Shown: in pieces, positions 60,305 to 64,000 of the stretch
Layout of the letters: each line of letters starts with the position of its first letter
Numbering within the stretch: position 1 is the stretch's first letter
Assembly (NCBI RefSeq): GCF_009914755.1
Contig: NC_060942.1
Length of the DNA stretch: 64,000 bases
Source: the human T2T-CHM13v2.0 reference genome, Homo sapiens
Direction: 5' to 3' (one strand)
Position numbers and translations under genes: made by a program
Notes under the pieces: generated by a model
Database searches by the model: none
Seen by the model: the letters and a program-made list of their open reading frames with translations, nothing else
What the model was told of the DNA's origin: nothing

Positions 60305-60375
60305 AAATTGTTAGATTTTTAAAAACATATTCAAGGCATGCTGTTATGCCCTTGTGACAGCCAGATCATCCCATT

Positions 60376-60860
60376 TGTATCAGTTAACCACTGTGGTAGA
60401 AACAACCAGCAAAATTTATTGGCTTAAAATAACAACCATTGTATTTGCTGATAATTCTGTGCATCAGCAATTTTGGCTGGGCTCAACAGGATGGTTCTTC
60501 TGCTGGTCTCACCTAGACTCACTCAACAGTGTGGCTAGAGCCACATGGTCTAAGATAGCCTCACTCACATATCTGCTGATTAGTGCTGGTTGTTGTTTGG
60601 GTCATGTATCTCTAGAAGATTAGCCTGGCCTTATTCATATGATATTGTGTTCCAAAGGCAGTGAAAGAGAGAGAGACCAAGCCTCAATGCACAAGCAAGC
60701 ACCTTTCAAGCCTCTGCTTGTATTATGTTTACCAGTGTCCCATTGGCCAAAGCAAAGCACATGTTCAAGCATATAGAGTCAATGTAGGAGGGGATTACCC
60801 AAGTGTGTGGATATAGGGATGCATGATTCTTTGAGTCTATCCTATAACAATTCACTGCAT
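60376..60860 (-). mobile_element. Old MaLR LTR (MLT1J/K-like)
   Basis: TGTATCAGTT...TGGCTTAAAATAACAACCAT...CCCATTGGCCAAAGCAAAGCACATG. Confidence 0.75.
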
Positions 60861-61477
60861 CATCCAATGGCTGGTAAAAGAGTTTATTGTACTTTGTGAC
60901 ACTGAAGGAAAATGTAAATGAGTGAGATTGATGGTAAGCTTCTTTAACTTGTTTTATACTTTGTGTCCCCCATGTAATGTTTAGCCCAGGTCCTATCATA
61001 AAATGGGTATTCAAAAACTATTTGTTACTTTAATATCTGTAAGTCTCAATCACCACTAGAGTAGCAGAAGGCTTAAGTGAGACCACCTGTGATTACAGTC
61101 TGACACCCACTGATTTCCACATGGCATAAGTAACTGGAGAAGAAACACTCTTGGGTTTGGTTTTTGGGTTTATGTGCTTTTGTTGAGGTCATTATGTTAG
61201 CCTGTACCTCGACCTCTCTACCTAGAAATTATGAGCAAATAATATCACACTTACAATTCATTTGCCTTTCTGGGTAGAATGTCTTTTTTCCCTTGTTTTT
61301 GTACCTCATCACTTTTTTTTTTTTTTTTTTTAAGACAGGGTCTCACCTCGTTACCCAGGCTGGAGTGCAGTGGTGTGATCATATCTCACTGTACATCTCC
61401 AACTCCTGGGCTCAAGAAATTCTCCTGCCATAGCCTCCTGAGTAGGTAGGACTACAGGCATGTGCCACCACACCCAG

Positions 61478-61628
<151 letters not shown>

Positions 61629-61776
61629 GAGACAGGGTCTTGCTCTATCATCAGGCTGAAGTGCAGTGGCATGACCTTGGCTCACTGCAGCCTTGACTTC
61701 CCAGGCTTAAGCAGTCCTCCCATCTCAGCCTCCTGAGTAGCTAGAACCACAGTCAAGCATCACTATGCTCAGTTAA

Positions 61777-61920
<144 letters not shown>

Positions 61921-61932
61921 TAAAAAAAAAAA

Positions 61933-61937
<5 letters not shown>

Positions 61938-61987
<50 letters not shown>
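61938..61987. repeat. (TA)n microsatellite of about 25 units next to an A-run
   Basis: Direct reading. Confidence 0.95.
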
Positions 61988-61989
<2 letters not shown>

Positions 61990-62689
61990 CTGGATGTGGT
62001 GGCTCACGCCTGTAGTCCCAGCACTTTGGGAGGTTAAGGTGGGAGGATCATTTGAGGTCAGGAGTTCCAGACCAGCCTGGCCAACACAGTGAAACCCTGT
62101 CTTTACTAAAAACACAAAAATTAGCTGGGCCTGGTGGTGGGTGCCTGTAATTCCAGCTACTCCAGAGGCAGGAGAATCACTTGAACCCAGGAGGCAGAGG
62201 CTGCAGTGAGCTGAGATTATGCCACTGCACTCCAGCCCGGGAGAAAAAGCAAAACTCCATCTCAAAACAAAAAAACAAACAAACTTGTAGAGACAGGATC
62301 TTGCTCTGTTGCCCAGGCTGTTCTTAAACTCCTGGCCTCAAGCAGACTTCCTGAGTTGGCCTCCCAAAATGGTGGGATTACAGGCATAAGCCACCCCACC
62401 CAGACTCCTCACAGTTTTTAAATGCCTTGAAAAATGATAAAGAATAAGAGCCAGCTTATAAAGCACTCCCAGAACAATTCATTCAGTTTCTAAAAATGTA
62501 TTTTTTAGCGCATTACAAGCAAATGGTTTAAGATTACAAATAGTGTTAAAAAGGTTTACATGAAGAACCAATAGTTCCTCTTTTCCTCTGTCTTTTCTCA
62601 GAGGCAACCACTTTCAACTCTTTATGCTCATTCTTCTGGTAATTGCATCATATTTCTGTATTTTATATTTCTCTAATAAACATTATACA

Positions 62690-64000
<1,311 letters not shown>

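Overview
Primate (human-like) non-coding genomic DNA, either intergenic or deep intronic. About 70 Alu-family copies (AluJ/S/Y, FLAM/FRAM/FAM, many nested) are present. Other repeats include a 2.85-kb 5'-truncated L1PA with a perfect 14-bp TSD, several fragmented old L1M elements, MaLR/ERVL solo LTRs, L2/MIR relics, DNA-transposon fossils (MER5, MER33, MER58, Tigger2a, MADE1) and microsatellites. I found no credible protein-coding gene, tRNA/rRNA or CRISPR array. The supplied ORFs are Alu-derived, dead L1 ORF2 fragments or unrecognisable short frames. I cannot support a new biological system here. The most notable observations are: a near-consensus CTCF motif (7256-7272); a 28-bp AATAAA-bearing micro-insertion between perfect 19-bp direct repeats; several hairpin/templated-insertion scars inside repeats; an Alu-L1 3' junction; a CpG-retaining promoter-like segment (~52.9-53.5 kb); two Hox/TALE-motif-rich enhancer-like islands; and orphan splice signals that might belong to lncRNAs. 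Repeat subfamily names come from recalled consensus motifs and boundaries are approximate; RepeatMasker/Dfam should confirm them.
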